32,000 nucleotides of DNA from Nitrosospira multiformis ATCC 25196 (GTDB taxonomy: Bacteria; Pseudomonadota; Gammaproteobacteria; Burkholderiales; Nitrosomonadaceae). Below the pieces are notes generated by a model. It was given only the letters and a program-made list of their open reading frames with translations, did no database searches and was not told the origin of the DNA. Of this stretch, positions 19,376-32,000 are shown in pieces. The DNA lies in contig NC_007614.1 in assembly GCF_000196355.1 (NCBI RefSeq), forward strand, positions 510,001 through 542,000, given 5' to 3'. Within the stretch, counting starts at the first letter, position 1. The number at the start of each line of letters is the position of its first letter. The translations under genes and the position numbers were made by a program.

Positions 19376-21079
19376 TTATACCAGAATCATTTCAGACAGA
19401 CCCTTGCCGCCCGGCACCATCGGGAATACGTTTTCGGTCTGGTCGGTGACGAAATCCATGAACACGAGCCTGTCCTTGAGCTTGAATGCTTCCTGCAAGG
19501 CGGCTTCGACATCGCCGGGCTGTTCGATCCGCATGCCGACATGGCCATAACTCTCCGCCAGCTTCACGAAATCGGGCAGCGCGTCCATGTAGGACTCCGC
19601 ATAGCGGTTGCCATGGAAGAATTCCTGCCACTGCCGCACCATTCCCATATAGCGGTTATTCAGGTTGATGATCTTGAGCGGAAGGTGATATTGCTTGCAG
19701 GTCGACAGCTCCTGGATGCACATCTGGATGCTGGCTTCGCCGGTAATGCAGGCCACGTTCGCACCTGGATTAGCCATCTGGACACCCATCGCCGAAGGCA
19801 GGCCGAAACCCATCGTTCCAAGCCCTCCGGAATTGATCCATCGCCGCGGCAGGTCGAATTTGTAAAATTGCGCTGCCCACATCTGGTGCTGACCGACATC
19901 CGAGGTAATGAAGGCATCGCCATTCGTTACCTTGTAGAGCGTTTCCACCACCCTCTGCGGCTTGATGATCGCGCTTGTGCGGTCATACCTGAGACAGTCG
20001 CGCTCCCGCCATGAATCGATCTGGCTCCACCAGGCGTCAAGAGCGGTCTGATCGGGTTTTTCCTTGCGCAGTTCAAGCAGTTTTATGAGTTCATCCAGCA
20101 CATCGGGGACATTGCCGACGATAGGAACGTCCACCTTGACACGCTTCGAAATGGAGGAAGGATCGATATCGATGTGAATGATCTTCCGGTCCGGATTATA
20201 GAAATGCTTCGGATTGCCGATGACACGATCATCGAAACGGGCACCTACAGCCACCAGCACGTCGCAATGCTGCATCGCCATGTTGGCCTCGTAAGTGCCA
20301 TGCATGCCCAGCATGCCCACAAACTGGGGGTCCGTTGCCGGATAACCCCCCAGGCCCATCAACGTGTTGGTGCAGGGAAAGCGCAGCAGGCGGACGAGTT
20401 CCGTCAACCGGGTAGCGGCGTCGCTGAGGATGACTCCCCCGCCGGTGTAGATCATCGGACGCCTGGCTTCCAGGATCAGTTGAACGGCTTTTTTGATCTG
20501 GCCGGCGTGCCCCCGGATGTTCGGATTATAGGAGCGCATTGTGACACGCTCGGGATAAACGAATTTTGTTTTCTGCTGACTCACGTCCTTCGGGATGTCG
20601 ACCAGCACCGGACCGGGACGCCCTGTCGAAGCGATATAGAACGCTTTCTTGATGGTGACGGCAAGCTCTGCGATATCCTTCACCAGAAAATTATGCTTCA
20701 CGCAGGGACGCGTGATGCCTACGGTATCGACTTCCTGGAACGCGTCCAAGCCGATGGCATGGGTGGGGACCTGCCCGCTGATGATGACGAGGGGAATCGA
20801 ATCCATATAGGCAGTGGCGATGCCGGTCACGGCGTTGGTCACACCCGGCCCGGAAGTGACCAGTGCCACCCCTACCTTGTTGCTGGAGCGGGCATAGCCG
20901 TCCGCGGCATGTACCGCGGCCTGTTCGTGCCGCACCAGGATATGCCTGACCTTATCCTGCTTGAACAATTCGTCATACAGGAACAGCACAGCGCCCCCGG
21001 GATAGCCGAAAATATGTTCTACCCCTTCCTCTTGTAAGCAACGCACCGTAATTTCGGCGCCCGTCAAATCCGCGCTCAT
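19376..21079 (-). CDS. ilvB: Acetolactate synthase large (catalytic) subunit
   Basis: Track ORF starts at 21133; MSADLTGAEITVRCLQEEGVEHIFGYPGGAVL is the more likely start (567 aa). ThDP enzyme motifs present: GDASIQMCIQELSTC-like GEASIQMCIQELSTCKQYHLPLKIINLNN. Confidence 0.96.
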   Translation of the reverse strand: MSADLTGAEITVRCLQEEGVEHIFGYPGGAVLFLYDELFKQDKVRHILVRHEQAAVHAADGYARSSNKVGVALVTSGPGVTNAVTGIATAYMDSIPLVIISGQVPTHAIGLDAFQEVDTVGITRPCVKHNFLVKDIAELAVTIKKAFYIASTGRPGPVLVDIPKDVSQQKTKFVYPERVTMRSYNPNIRGHAGQIKKAVQLILEARRPMIYTGGGVILSDAATRLTELVRLLRFPCTNTLMGLGGYPATDPQFVGMLGMHGTYEANMAMQHCDVLVAVGARFDDRVIGNPKHFYNPDRKIIHIDIDPSSISKRVKVDVPIVGNVPDVLDELIKLLELRKEKPDQTALDAWWSQIDSWRERDCLRYDRTSAIIKPQRVVETLYKVTNGDAFITSDVGQHQMWAAQFYKFDLPRRWINSGGLGTMGFGLPSAMGVQMANPGANVACITGEASIQMCIQELSTCKQYHLPLKIINLNNRYMGMVRQWQEFFHGNRYAESYMDALPDFVKLAESYGHVGMRIEQPGDVEAALQEAFKLKDRLVFMDFVTDQTENVFPMVPGGKGLSEMILV

Positions 21080-21399
21080 GCTTTCCTGCGTTTCAAGATG
21101 TTGAATATCGGCAATATATGTTGGATTAAACATTAAACAGTAACGGTTAGGTGACTTTTGGTCAACAGTTCGAGTATGGAATCGACAGGTAGACAGGTAT
21201 ACGGGGCAATTTCAAATGCGCTAAAACCTTATCCGCCGCGTAATTCGCAAGCAGCTCAGGAATGACAGATCAGGAAGCCATGAATCAGAGCAGGGCGGGT
21301 CTCAAGACCCTGCTTCTGAAGAACATGCGCATACAATCGCCGTACCGGGCCATAAATGTCACGATACTTGACTCTGCGCTCCATGAAGGGATGAAAAGC

Positions 21400-21849
21400 T
21401 TAACTTTTACTATCCTTTTCATCCCCTTTTCGATATGGACATGAGGGCTTGATGCAATCCGCGTAAAGTGAAAGCGAGTGCTCGTGTATGGCAAATCCGC
21501 GTTCACGGGCAATTTTAATCTGACGCTTCTCGATTTCGGCGTCATAAAATTCTTCCACCCTGCCGCATTGCAGGCAGACCAGATGGTCATGATGGGCGTC
21601 GCTGGCAAGCTCAAACACTGCCTTGCCGCCTTCAAAATGGTGGCGCTCGAGCAACCCGGCCTGTTCAAACTGGGTCAGTACCCGGTAGACCGTGGCCAGA
21701 CCGATATCATCGCCTTCGCTGATGAGCGTTCTGTAAACATCCTCCGCAGAGAGATGCCGGACAGGACTGCTTTCGAACAGACTCAGTATTCTAAGGCGCG
21801 GCAGCGTAGCCTTCAAGCCCATGGTCTTAAGATTGCTCGGATTACTCAT
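21400..21849 (-). CDS. fur: Ferric uptake regulator Fur
   Basis: [26 protein letters not shown]..., [55 protein letters not shown]. Track ORF has a 6-aa upstream extension. Confidence 0.95.
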   Translation of the reverse strand: MSNPSNLKTMGLKATLPRLRILSLFESSPVRHLSAEDVYRTLISEGDDIGLATVYRVLTQFEQAGLLERHHFEGGKAVFELASDAHHDHLVCLQCGRVEEFYDAEIEKRQIKIARERGFAIHEHSLSLYADCIKPSCPYRKGDEKDSKS

Positions 21850-21922
21850 AGTGCATCCAATCGTCAAGTTATTTGCTGTATCATATAACGTTAAGTTTGC
21901 TTTGGAAACCTACGTCGCCGCG

Positions 21923-23475
<1,553 letters not shown>

Positions 23476-23739
23476 GCGGCGGCCTCGGTGCTCGCATTCG
23501 TTCTCGCTTCCAGTGCATTTTCTTCCGAATCCTCCGATCCTCGGGAAGTACATTAGGGGATTGATCGCACGGATGCAGCGGCGAGGATCTGACGGAGATT
23601 TTCGATTTGTGAGAGGCGAATACGACAGCCCGGCTCGGGAAGGTCTCCATAGGAGCAGGTAGCTTGTTCCTCATTCCTTGTTCCCTTACTGCTCCATTCC
23701 CGCTTCGCGAGAGATTCACTGTGCTGCGCTGCCGGTTCA

Positions 23740-23768
23740 TTGAAGCATTGTCCTTTTGGACGTATAAT
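23740..23768 (+). promoter_or_regulatory. Putative sigma70 promoter for carAB
   Basis: TTGAAG (23740-23745), 17 bp spacer, TATAAT (23763-23768), upstream of the carA GTG at 23840. Confidence 0.6.
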
Positions 23769-23839
23769 TTCCGTATTTGAAGCGGCGCAAAGGGAACCTC
23801 GCGCCGTTTCTGCCTTGTCCCAATTCCCAGGAGTCTTCC

Positions 23840-24991
23840 GTGCCACAACATTCGTATGCCGTCCTCGCGCTTGCTGACGGCACAGTTTTTCGCGGCATGT
23901 CCATCGGCGCGGAAGGCATCAGCACAGGGGAGGTGGTCTTCAACACCTCGATGACGGGATATCAGGAAATTCTCACGGATCCCTCCTACTGTCGCCAGAT
24001 CGTTACCCTCACTTATCCCCATATAGGCAATACAGGCACCAATCCGGATGACGTGGAGTCCGGCAATATCGACCGGGTATATGCCGCCGGGTTGGTGATA
24101 AGAGATCTGCCGTTGGCTTCCAGCAACTGGCGCGAAACGCAGACGTTGCCAGAGTATCTCAGGCAGCAGGGGGTGGTCGCCATCGCCGACATCGATACCC
24201 GCAAGCTCACACGCATTCTGCGGGAAAAGGGCGCTCAGGCAGGCTGCATCATTGCGGGTCAGCCGGATGAAACGGAGGCGCTGAAGCTGGCCAGGGAATT
24301 TCCGGGTCTTGCCGGAATGGACCTGGCCAAAGTGGTAAGCTGCCTGCAGCCTTATGAGTGGAACGAAGGGGAATGGCGGCTGGGGCAGGGTTACCCGGTT
24401 CAATCTCATCCCCGTTTTCATGTTGCAGCGATGGATTTCGGAATAAAACGAAACATTCTGCGCAAGCTTGCACAGCGCGGCTGCCAAATCACCGTATTCC
24501 CCGCGCAGACAACCGCGGACGAGATTCTGGCATCGCAACCTGACGGAATATTCCTTTCGAATGGACCGGGTGATCCCGAGCCTTGCGACTACGCTATCGA
24601 GACAACCAGAAGACTGCTGGAAAAGGAAATACCGGTTTTCGGCGTGTGCATGGGTCACCAGTTGCTAGGGCTGGCAACAGGCGCCAGAACCATAAAAATG
24701 AAATTTGGCCATCACGGCGCCAACCATCCGGTTCAGGATCTGGGGACGGGAAAAGTGATCATAACCAGTCAGAATCACGGGTTTGCGGTGGATACGGCCA
24801 CTTTGCCGGCAAATGCAAGAGTTACGCATTTATCTTTATTCGATGGCAGCTTGCAAGGATTTGAGTTGGCGGGAAAGCCTGTATTCTGCTTTCAGGGGCA
24901 TCCCGAAGCGAGTCCGGGTCCGCATGACCTGGACTATCTGTTCGATAAATTTGCGGGATTGATGGAGAGAAAACGGACGAAAGCGATATGA
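23840..24991 (+). CDS. carA: Carbamoyl-phosphate synthase small subunit
   Basis: Likely GTG start ([19 protein letters not shown]) preceded by CAGGAG; the track ATG at 23777 is upstream. Motifs: [21 protein letters not shown]-like, [39 protein letters not shown]. Confidence 0.95.
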   Translation: MPQHSYAVLALADGTVFRGMSIGAEGISTGEVVFNTSMTGYQEILTDPSYCRQIVTLTYPHIGNTGTNPDDVESGNIDRVYAAGLVIRDLPLASSNWRETQTLPEYLRQQGVVAIADIDTRKLTRILREKGAQAGCIIAGQPDETEALKLAREFPGLAGMDLAKVVSCLQPYEWNEGEWRLGQGYPVQSHPRFHVAAMDFGIKRNILRKLAQRGCQITVFPAQTTADEILASQPDGIFLSNGPGDPEPCDYAIETTRRLLEKEIPVFGVCMGHQLLGLATGARTIKMKFGHHGANHPVQDLGTGKVIITSQNHGFAVDTATLPANARVTHLSLFDGSLQGFELAGKPVFCFQGHPEASPGPHDLDYLFDKFAGLMERKRTKAI

Positions 24992-25036
24992 AGCCGGAAA
25001 GCCATCCGCTCTTTCCCATTATCGTCCCTCCCACTT

Positions 25037-28000
25037 ATGCCTAAACGTAACGACATCAAGTCCATCCTTATCATTGGCGCCGGTCCCATCATCATAGGCC
25101 AGGCGTGCGAGTTTGATTATTCAGGTGCCCAGGCGTGCAAAGCGCTGAGGGAAGAGGGTTACCGGACCATTCTGGTGAATTCCAATCCGGCAACGATCAT
25201 GACGGATCCGGAAACGGCCGATGTGACCTACATCGAGCCTATCATCTGGCCGATGGTCGAAAAAATCATTGCCATCGAACGCCCGGATGCGCTCCTGCCC
25301 ACCATGGGAGGGCAGACAGCATTGAACTGCGCGCTGGACCTGGCAAAGAACGGTGTACTGGACAAATACGGAGTCGAATTGATCGGCGCCTCGCGCGAAG
25401 CAATCGACAAGGCCGAGGATCGCGAAAAATTCAAGCAGGCCATGACCCGTATCGGCCTCGGTTCCGCGCGTTCCGCCATTGCCCATAGCCTGGAGGAAGC
25501 ATTGCAGGTCCAGGCAATGGTGGGTTATCCCGCCATTATTCGCCCATCATTCACGCTGGGAGGGAGTGGCGGCGGTATCGCCTATAACCGCGAGGAGTTT
25601 CTCGAAATCTGCGAGCGCGGACTGGAAGCCTCTCCGACGAAGGAACTGCTGATCGAGGAATCGGTTATCGGCTGGAAAGAGTTCGAGATGGAAGTCATAC
25701 GCGACAGGAACGACAACTGCATTATTGTCTGCGCCATCGAAAACGTCGATCCCATGGGGGTTCACACAGGCGACTCCATCACGGTTGCGCCCGCGCAAAC
25801 GCTGACCGACAAGGAATATCAGATCATGCGCGATGCCTCCATAGCGGTCTTGCGCGAAATCGGGGTTGAAACTGGCGGTTCCAATGTGCAGTTTGCCATC
25901 AATCCGGAGGATGGGCGCATGCTCGTGATTGAAATGAATCCCCGGGTTTCACGCTCATCCGCACTGGCTTCAAAAGCCACCGGCTTTCCCATTGCCAAGG
26001 TGGCAGCCAAGCTTGCCGTAGGCTACACCCTGGACGAACTCAGGAACGATATTTCGGGCGGCGCAATGCCGGCATCTTTCGAGCCGTCCATAGATTACGT
26101 CGTCACCAAGATACCGCGCTTTGCTTTCGAAAAATTTCCCCAGGCCAACGCTCGCCTCACCACCCAGATGAAATCGGTAGGGGAAGTCATGGCCATCGGA
26201 CGGACATTTCAGGAATCTCTGCAGAAAGCGTTGCGCGGACTGGAAATCGGGGTTGATGGACTGGATGAGAAAACGACCGATATTGAAACTGTCGCGGCCG
26301 AACTCGCATATCCTGGTCCCGAACGAATCTGGTATGTCGCGGACGCCTTTCGCTGCGGCATGGCATTTGATGAGATACATGCGCACACCCACATCGATCC
26401 CTGGTTTCTGACGCAGATAGAAGATTTGATACGGCAGGAACGGTCGATTACGGGAACGCCGCTGGAGGCGCTTGATTTTTCCACGTTCCGCAAGCTGAAA
26501 CGCAGCGGCTTTTCCGACCGGCGGCTTGCCCGGCTGATGAGCGTGACACCCGAGGCAGTCCGCTCAAGACGTCATCAGCTCGATCTTCGTCCGGTTTACA
26601 AGCGTGTCGATACCTGCGCGGCCGAATTCGCGACATATACGGCTTACATGTATTCCACTTACGAAGAAGAATGCGAGGCGCTGCCAAGCGATAATAAGAA
26701 AATCATGGTGCTCGGCGGGGGACCCAACCGCATAGGCCAGGGTATCGAGTTCGACTACTGCTGTGTCCACGCCGCCCTGGCTTTGCGCGAGGATGGTTTC
26801 GAGACCATCATGGTCAACTGCAACCCTGAAACGGTTTCGACCGATTACGATACGTCCGACCGCCTTTATTTCGAACCCTTGACACTGGAGGACGTGCTCG
26901 AAATAGTAGCCGTCGAGAAGCCTGCAGGCGTCATCGTGCAATTCGGGGGCCAGACTCCGCTGAAACTTGCGCGCGATCTCGAGGCGAATGGCGTGCCGAT
27001 CATCGGCACCAGTCCGGACATGATCGATTGCGCCGAGGATAGGGAACGTTTTCAGAAAATGCTGCACCAGCTTGGGCTGAAACAGCCGCCCAACCGTACT
27101 GCGCGCACGGCGGAGGAGGCATTCGCTGCGGCGGAAGAGATCGGTTATCCGCTGGTGGTACGCCCGAGCTATGTATTGGGCGGGCGGGCCATGGAAATCG
27201 TCCATGAGCAGACGCACCTGGAGCGTTACATGAAAGAGGCGGTAAAGGTCTCGCACGATTCCCCGGTGCTGCTGGATCATTTTCTGAACGATGCGGTGGA
27301 AGTGGACGTGGATGCGGTTTCGGACGGAGAGAACGTCCTGATCGGGGGCATCATGGAGCACATCGAACAGGCAGGCGTGCATTCGGGCGACTCCGCCTGT
27401 TCGCTGCCTCCCTACAGCTTATCTGCCCGGCTGCAGGACGAGTTGCGCCGCCAGACGGCGGCAATGGCGCGCGCGCTCAACGTGGTGGGGCTGATGAACG
27501 TGCAATTCGCCATCCAGAACGATATCGTCTACGTACTGGAAGTCAATCCAAGAGCGTCCCGGACCGTGCCGTTCGTCTCCAAGGCTACCGGCATCCCCTT
27601 GGCAAAAATATCCGCCCGTTGCATGACAGGGGTGAGCCTGGTTCATCAGGACAGGGTTCGTGAGGTAATTCCGGACTACTATTCAGTCAAGGAGGCTGTC
27701 TTCCCTTTTATCAAGTTTCCCGGCGTGGACACCATACTCGGGCCCGAAATGAAATCGACCGGTGAAGTGATGGGAGTAGGGCAGACATTTGCAGAAGCCT
27801 TCGTCAAGTCCCAGTTGGCAGCGGGAGTGAAACTTCCGCGGAGCGGGAAGGTCTTCATAAGCGTACGCCAGGCGGACAAACCGCGCGTGGTTGAAATCGC
27901 CCGCAATCTTGCTCAGCTAGGGTTTACGCTTTATGCTACCCGTGGCACCGCCGCGGTTCTGAGTGCGGCAGGGCTGTCCGTGACGCCGGTAAACAAGATG

Positions 28001-28264
28001 TCGGAAGGACGTCCCCATATCGTAGACATGATCAAGAACGGGGAGATGGACCTGATCATCAATACAGTGGAAGACAAGCGGAGCGTCCATGACTCCTACT
28101 CGATTCGGCATGCGGTACTGCAAGCGCGGGTAACATACTATACTACGTTAGCCGGGGCGCGGGCCGCCTGCGTAGGCATGGCAAACATGCAGGAATTGCA
28201 TGCCTACGGGTTGCAGCAACTCCACGAATCGCGGGAGGCAGCCTCTCTGAACCCCGCTTCCTGA
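25037..28264 (+). CDS. carB: Carbamoyl-phosphate synthase large subunit
   Basis: 1075 aa; [82 protein letters not shown]. Confidence 0.98.
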   Translation: MPKRNDIKSILIIGAGPIIIGQACEFDYSGAQACKALREEGYRTILVNSNPATIMTDPETADVTYIEPIIWPMVEKIIAIERPDALLPTMGGQTALNCALDLAKNGVLDKYGVELIGASREAIDKAEDREKFKQAMTRIGLGSARSAIAHSLEEALQVQAMVGYPAIIRPSFTLGGSGGGIAYNREEFLEICERGLEASPTKELLIEESVIGWKEFEMEVIRDRNDNCIIVCAIENVDPMGVHTGDSITVAPAQTLTDKEYQIMRDASIAVLREIGVETGGSNVQFAINPEDGRMLVIEMNPRVSRSSALASKATGFPIAKVAAKLAVGYTLDELRNDISGGAMPASFEPSIDYVVTKIPRFAFEKFPQANARLTTQMKSVGEVMAIGRTFQESLQKALRGLEIGVDGLDEKTTDIETVAAELAYPGPERIWYVADAFRCGMAFDEIHAHTHIDPWFLTQIEDLIRQERSITGTPLEALDFSTFRKLKRSGFSDRRLARLMSVTPEAVRSRRHQLDLRPVYKRVDTCAAEFATYTAYMYSTYEEECEALPSDNKKIMVLGGGPNRIGQGIEFDYCCVHAALALREDGFETIMVNCNPETVSTDYDTSDRLYFEPLTLEDVLEIVAVEKPAGVIVQFGGQTPLKLARDLEANGVPIIGTSPDMIDCAEDRERFQKMLHQLGLKQPPNRTARTAEEAFAAAEEIGYPLVVRPSYVLGGRAMEIVHEQTHLERYMKEAVKVSHDSPVLLDHFLNDAVEVDVDAVSDGENVLIGGIMEHIEQAGVHSGDSACSLPPYSLSARLQDELRRQTAAMARALNVVGLMNVQFAIQNDIVYVLEVNPRASRTVPFVSKATGIPLAKISARCMTGVSLVHQDRVREVIPDYYSVKEAVFPFIKFPGVDTILGPEMKSTGEVMGVGQTFAEAFVKSQLAAGVKLPRSGKVFISVRQADKPRVVEIARNLAQLGFTLYATRGTAAVLSAAGLSVTPVNKMSEGRPHIVDMIKNGEMDLIINTVEDKRSVHDSYSIRHAVLQARVTYYTTLAGARAACVGMANMQELHAYGLQQLHESREAASLNPAS

Positions 28265-28371
28265 AGCGAGAACTTTGAACTTAAATTTTGAATTGCCCAA
28301 GGAGGCCGTGCTCCGGTATAGCAATATCGAACAACAGGCACACCGATCCAAAACAGGTAGCAGAAGAGACT

Positions 28372-28848
28372 ATGAGTACAATTCCCTTGACAGTGACAGG
28401 CGCGGGAAAACTGCGCGCCGAATTGCATGAGATGAAAACGGTTCAGCGACCCGCCGTGATTGCGGCCATTGCGGAAGCTCGATCCCATGGTGATCTTTCC
28501 GAAAACGCCGAATACGAGGCGGCCAAGGAACGTCAGGGTTTTATCGAAGGACGTATTGCTGAACTTGAGAGCAAGCTCTCCAATGCCCAGATCATCGATC
28601 CTGCGACGCTGGATGCGGATGGAGCTTGCGTATTCGGTGCAACCATCGATCTGGAGGATGTCGAATCTGCCACAACCGTTACTTATCAGATTGTCGGGGA
28701 TGATGAGGCGGATATCAAGGAGGGAAAGATTTCCATCAGTTCCCCTATCTCTCGCGCTCTGATAGGCAAATATCCGGGGGATGTGGCTGAGGTGATGGCG
28801 CCGGGCGGGGTGCGGGAGTATGAAATTCTCGACGTGAGATACATTTGA
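28372..28848 (+). CDS. greA: Transcription elongation factor GreA
   Basis: ATG at 28372: [62 protein letters not shown]...; 158 aa. Confidence 0.96.
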   Translation: MSTIPLTVTGAGKLRAELHEMKTVQRPAVIAAIAEARSHGDLSENAEYEAAKERQGFIEGRIAELESKLSNAQIIDPATLDADGACVFGATIDLEDVESATTVTYQIVGDDEADIKEGKISISSPISRALIGKYPGDVAEVMAPGGVREYEILDVRYI

Positions 28849-28890
28849 GGAGGTTCCCAGGCGCGGGAACCGGGAACTCCTGCTCTTTTT
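28848..28890 (+). terminator. Rho-independent terminator after greA
   Basis: AGGAGGTTCCC / GGGAACTCCT stem with one-nt bulge, followed by GCTCTTTTT (T5 at 28886-28890). Confidence 0.75.
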
Positions 28891-29057
28891 CACGTTGAAT
28901 AGCTTGAATTATATAGGTCCTGTCCGAATGTGTTCTCGGCGGGATGCGTTCCTCCCGGATTCGGATATGGGAATCCATATTAGCCCACGATCGGAGCAGC
29001 CAAGGCCAATGAGCACTTCGACTGCTTCATTGCCAGTGGCCCCATCCCCGGTTTGCT

Positions 29058-29345
29058 TCAGCTGTTCGTTTTTTCGGGTTCAGGACGGTAAATCACCAGC
29101 ATCTTGCCGATGTGCTGCACGGGCGCAGCGTTGAGGCGCCCGCAGATTTTCTCCAGTAACGCGTTTCGTATTTCCCAGTCGGCGCTCGCCACTTTGATTT
29201 TGATCAGTTCGTGGCTTTTAAGTCGCTGATCCAGTTCGTTCACCACATTGTCCGATAAACCCGCTGCCCCTATCCAGACGACCGGCTTGAGGGCATGTGC
29301 GCGCGCCTTGAGCCCGCGTCTGAAATCTGGAGTAAGTGCTAACAT
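29058..29345 (-). CDS. yhbY: YhbY-family (CRM domain) ribosome assembly RNA-binding protein
   Basis: MLALTPDFRRGLKARAHALKPVVWIGAAGLSDNVVNELDQRLKSHELIKIKV; divergent from rlmE. Track ORF starts at 29366. Confidence 0.92.
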   Translation of the reverse strand: MLALTPDFRRGLKARAHALKPVVWIGAAGLSDNVVNELDQRLKSHELIKIKVASADWEIRNALLEKICGRLNAAPVQHIGKMLVIYRPEPEKTNS

Positions 29346-29374
29346 ATCTTCTTTCACGACGATCATTTTACGCG

Positions 29375-29995
29375 ATGAAGCGAACCAAAACCAGCAAGGC
29401 CTGGATGAAGGAGCATGTGAATGACTTTTTTGTCAGGCAGGCAAAAAAGGAAGGCTACCGCTCACGCGCGGCCTATAAGCTGATGGAGATCGCCGAACGC
29501 GATCACTTGTTCAAGCCGGGCATGACGGTAGTAGATCTTGGCGCTGCTCCCGGCGGGTGGTCGCAGGTAGCAGCGGAGAAGCTCAAGGGCAAGGGTAGAG
29601 CGGTTGCCTTGGATATCCTGGAAATGGCGCCCATATCCGGCGTAACCTTCATTCAGGGAGATTTCCGCGAAGCGTCTGTCCTGGCCGAATTGAAGGAACA
29701 ATTGAAGGATTTGCCCGTTGACCTTGTAATTTGCGATATGTCACCTAATATAACGGGCATACGGGTAATTGATCAAACGCGGGGCATGCACCTGGCGGAG
29801 CTGGCTCTCGAGTTTTGTACCGAGCAGTTGAACTCTGGCGGCAACTTCCTCGTCAAAGTATTTCAAGGTTCTGGTTTTGACGAGTTTTTTCGCGCGATGC
29901 GCGCTACATTCCATCGGGTGGTAACACGTAAACCCTTGGCATCACGGGGTCGGAGCAGTGAAATCTATTTGCTGGGGCTGGGAAAGCGGGATTAG
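29375..29995 (+). CDS. rlmE: 23S rRNA (uridine-2'-O-)-methyltransferase RlmE (FtsJ/RrmJ)
   Basis: ATG at 29375: MKRTKTSKAWMKEHVNDFFVRQAKKEGYRSRAAYKL; VVDLGAAPGGWSQVA; VICDMSPNITG. Confidence 0.96.
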   Translation: MKRTKTSKAWMKEHVNDFFVRQAKKEGYRSRAAYKLMEIAERDHLFKPGMTVVDLGAAPGGWSQVAAEKLKGKGRAVALDILEMAPISGVTFIQGDFREASVLAELKEQLKDLPVDLVICDMSPNITGIRVIDQTRGMHLAELALEFCTEQLNSGGNFLVKVFQGSGFDEFFRAMRATFHRVVTRKPLASRGRSSEIYLLGLGKRD

Positions 29996-30159
29996 ACATT
30001 GCGGGTTCGCATGCCAATACAGTGAATATAGGGCTGGGAGGCTGCAGATCTCCACGCGAACCGGGAGGCTGGTAGCAGGGATAACGGCTATTCTAAATCT
30101 AGAAATGGGTTTAGAATGAAACATTCGAGTATTTTGACGGCGCAAGCCAAGGAGCTACT

Positions 30160-32000
30160 TTGAACAATCTCATTAAAAACATGGCCATCTGGCTGGTGAT
30201 TGCTCTTGTGCTGATGACGGTGTTCAATCAGTTCAGTACACGGCAGTCGGGGCAGGCACCGATGGAATATTCCCAGTTCATCGACGAGGTGAAGCAGGGC
30301 AGGATCGCCAAAGTAACTATAGAAGGCCGCACGCTGAAGGGTACCAAAACCGATGGCAGACGTTTTACGACGTACACGCCCTCGGACCCATGGATGGTGA
30401 GCGACCTGCTTAAGGCAGGCGTCATCATAGATGCCAAGCCGGAGGAAGAACCTTCCCTCCTGATGAATATCTTCGTTTCCTGGTTCCCCATGCTTCTGCT
30501 GATCGGGGTATGGATTTTCTTCATGCGGCAGATGCAGGGGGGGGGTCGGGGCGGCGGCGCCTTTTCGTTCGGGAAAAGCAAGGCGCGCATGCTCGACGAA
30601 TCCACTAACCAGGTGACGTTTGCCGATGTTGCAGGTTGTGAAGAAGCCAAGGAGGAGGTTTCCGAACTGGTGGAATTCCTGCGCGATCCCAGCAAGTTCC
30701 AGAAACTGGGAGGACGTATCCCGCGCGGCGTGTTGATGGTGGGAAATCCGGGTACGGGTAAGACGCTCCTGGCGCGTGCTATTGCCGGTGAAGCCAAGGT
30801 ACCCTTCTTCAGTATCTCCGGCTCCGATTTTGTGGAAATGTTTGTGGGGGTAGGTGCAGCCAGAGTGCGCGATATGTTCGAGCAAGCGAAGAAGCATGCT
30901 CCCTGCATTATTTTCATCGACGAGATCGACGCGGTCGGGCGTCAGCGTGGCGCGGGTCTCGGTGGTGGAAACGATGAACGCGAACAGACGCTCAATCAGT
31001 TGCTGGTGGAAATGGATGGTTTCGAAGGCACTGCGGGTGTGATTGTCATCGCAGCTACCAACCGTCCGGATGTGCTCGACCCTGCGCTGTTGCGTCCCGG
31101 CCGTTTCGACCGGCAGGTGACGGTGCCGCTCCCCGATATCCGTGGCCGTGAGCAGATATTGCATGTCCATATGCGCAAAGTGCCGATCGCGCCCGATGTG
31201 CATGCCGAAACCCTCGCCCGCGGAACCCCGGGGATGTCCGGAGCCGACCTCGCCAATCTGGTGAATGAGGCGGCCCTGTTTGCTGCGCGCAGCAACAAGC
31301 GGCTCGTCGACATGGAGGATTTCGAGCGGGCCAAGGACAAGATCTTCATGGGTGCAGAACGCAAATCCGTTCTGATGCCGGAGCGTGAGCGGCGCAACAC
31401 TGCCTATCATGAATCCGGGCACGCGGTGGTTGCCCAATTGCTACCCAAGACCGATCCGGTGCACAAGGTTTCCATTATCCCGCGGGGGCGGGCACTGGGT
31501 GTGACCATGCAACTGCCGACCGAAGACCGTTTCAGTATGGACCGTGAGGAAATCCTGCAGAATATTGCGGTTCTGTTCGGGGGGCGTATCGCGGAGGAAG
31601 TCTTCATGGGCCAGATGACGACTGGCGCATCCAATGATTTCGAGCGTGCGACAGAGATGGCGAGACGCATGGTCACCCAATGGGGCATGTCTGATTCGCT
31701 TGGCCCGATGGTTTATGGCGAGAACGAGGGAGAAGTGTTTCTGGGCCGTTCCGTCACAACCCACAAGAATGTCAGTGAAGCGACCATGCAGAAGGTGGAT
31801 ATAGAAATTCGCCGCATCATCGACACGCAGTACAGCCTGGCGCGCAAGCTGATCGAAGAAAACCGCGACAAGATCGAGGTTATGGCCAAAGCGTTGCTGG
31901 AATGGGAAACCATAGACGCGGAGCAAATCGGCGATATCATGGAAGGCCGTACGCCCCGGCCTCCCAAGCCAAGCAGGACTGCTCCAACGCCGCCCAAGGA
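30160..32000 (+). CDS. ftsH: ATP-dependent zinc metalloprotease FtsH (truncated at the right window edge)
   Basis: Own reading; open ORF at the edge, missing from the track. TTG at 30160 or ATG at 30181; two TM segments, Walker A GNPGTGKT, Walker [44 protein letters not shown] zinc site. Confidence 0.97.
   Translation, partial: MNNLIKNMAIWLVIALVLMTVFNQFSTRQSGQAPMEYSQFIDEVKQGRIAKVTIEGRTLKGTKTDGRRFTTYTPSDPWMVSDLLKAGVIIDAKPEEEPSLLMNIFVSWFPMLLLIGVWIFFMRQMQGGGRGGGAFSFGKSKARMLDESTNQVTFADVAGCEEAKEEVSELVEFLRDPSKFQKLGGRIPRGVLMVGNPGTGKTLLARAIAGEAKVPFFSISGSDFVEMFVGVGAARVRDMFEQAKKHAPCIIFIDEIDAVGRQRGAGLGGGNDEREQTLNQLLVEMDGFEGTAGVIVIAATNRPDVLDPALLRPGRFDRQVTVPLPDIRGREQILHVHMRKVPIAPDVHAETLARGTPGMSGADLANLVNEAALFAARSNKRLVDMEDFERAKDKIFMGAERKSVLMPERERRNTAYHESGHAVVAQLLPKTDPVHKVSIIPRGRALGVTMQLPTEDRFSMDREEILQNIAVLFGGRIAEEVFMGQMTTGASNDFERATEMARRMVTQWGMSDSLGPMVYGENEGEVFLGRSVTTHKNVSEATMQKVDIEIRRIIDTQYSLARKLIEENRDKIEVMAKALLEWETIDAEQIGDIMEGRTPRPPKPSRTAPTPPK

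Noticed and set aside
30088-31437. 449-aa minus-strand ORF
   Set aside because: Antisense to ftsH; ftsH motifs on the plus strand are unambiguous.

Overview
This window looks like a chromosome segment from a betaproteobacterial ammonia oxidiser, Nitrosospira/Nitrosomonadaceae-like. That placement is inferred from gene content and PEP-CTERM proteins; I ran no database search. Most of it is conserved housekeeping: a partial coxA and coxB (cytochrome c oxidase), a zwf-pgm-tkt-pgi sugar-phosphate cluster, pssA, ilvC/ilvH/ilvB, fur/bamE, dapB, carA/carB, greA, yhbY/rlmE and a 3'-truncated ftsH. I see no rRNA, tRNA, CRISPR array or transposase. The accessory part is 2.2-7.8 kb, all on the minus strand. 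It holds two divergent paralogous alpha-carbonic anhydrases with PEP-CTERM anchors. These flank a phosphate-selective-porin-like outer-membrane protein and two adjacent small secreted proteins (161 and 144 aa) with variable middles but a shared C-terminal block ending D-x-N-I-S-x-G-G-A-G-G. The 161-aa protein also shares a short mature-N-terminal motif (V-x-D-[IL]-[FY]-V-D-T) with the porin-like protein. The region contains strong perfect hairpins and three exact copies of TTCAAAAGTG. It is the best candidate here for a previously undescribed system, but any shared function is inference. A further PEP-CTERM protein sits alone between ilvC and pssA on the opposite strand.
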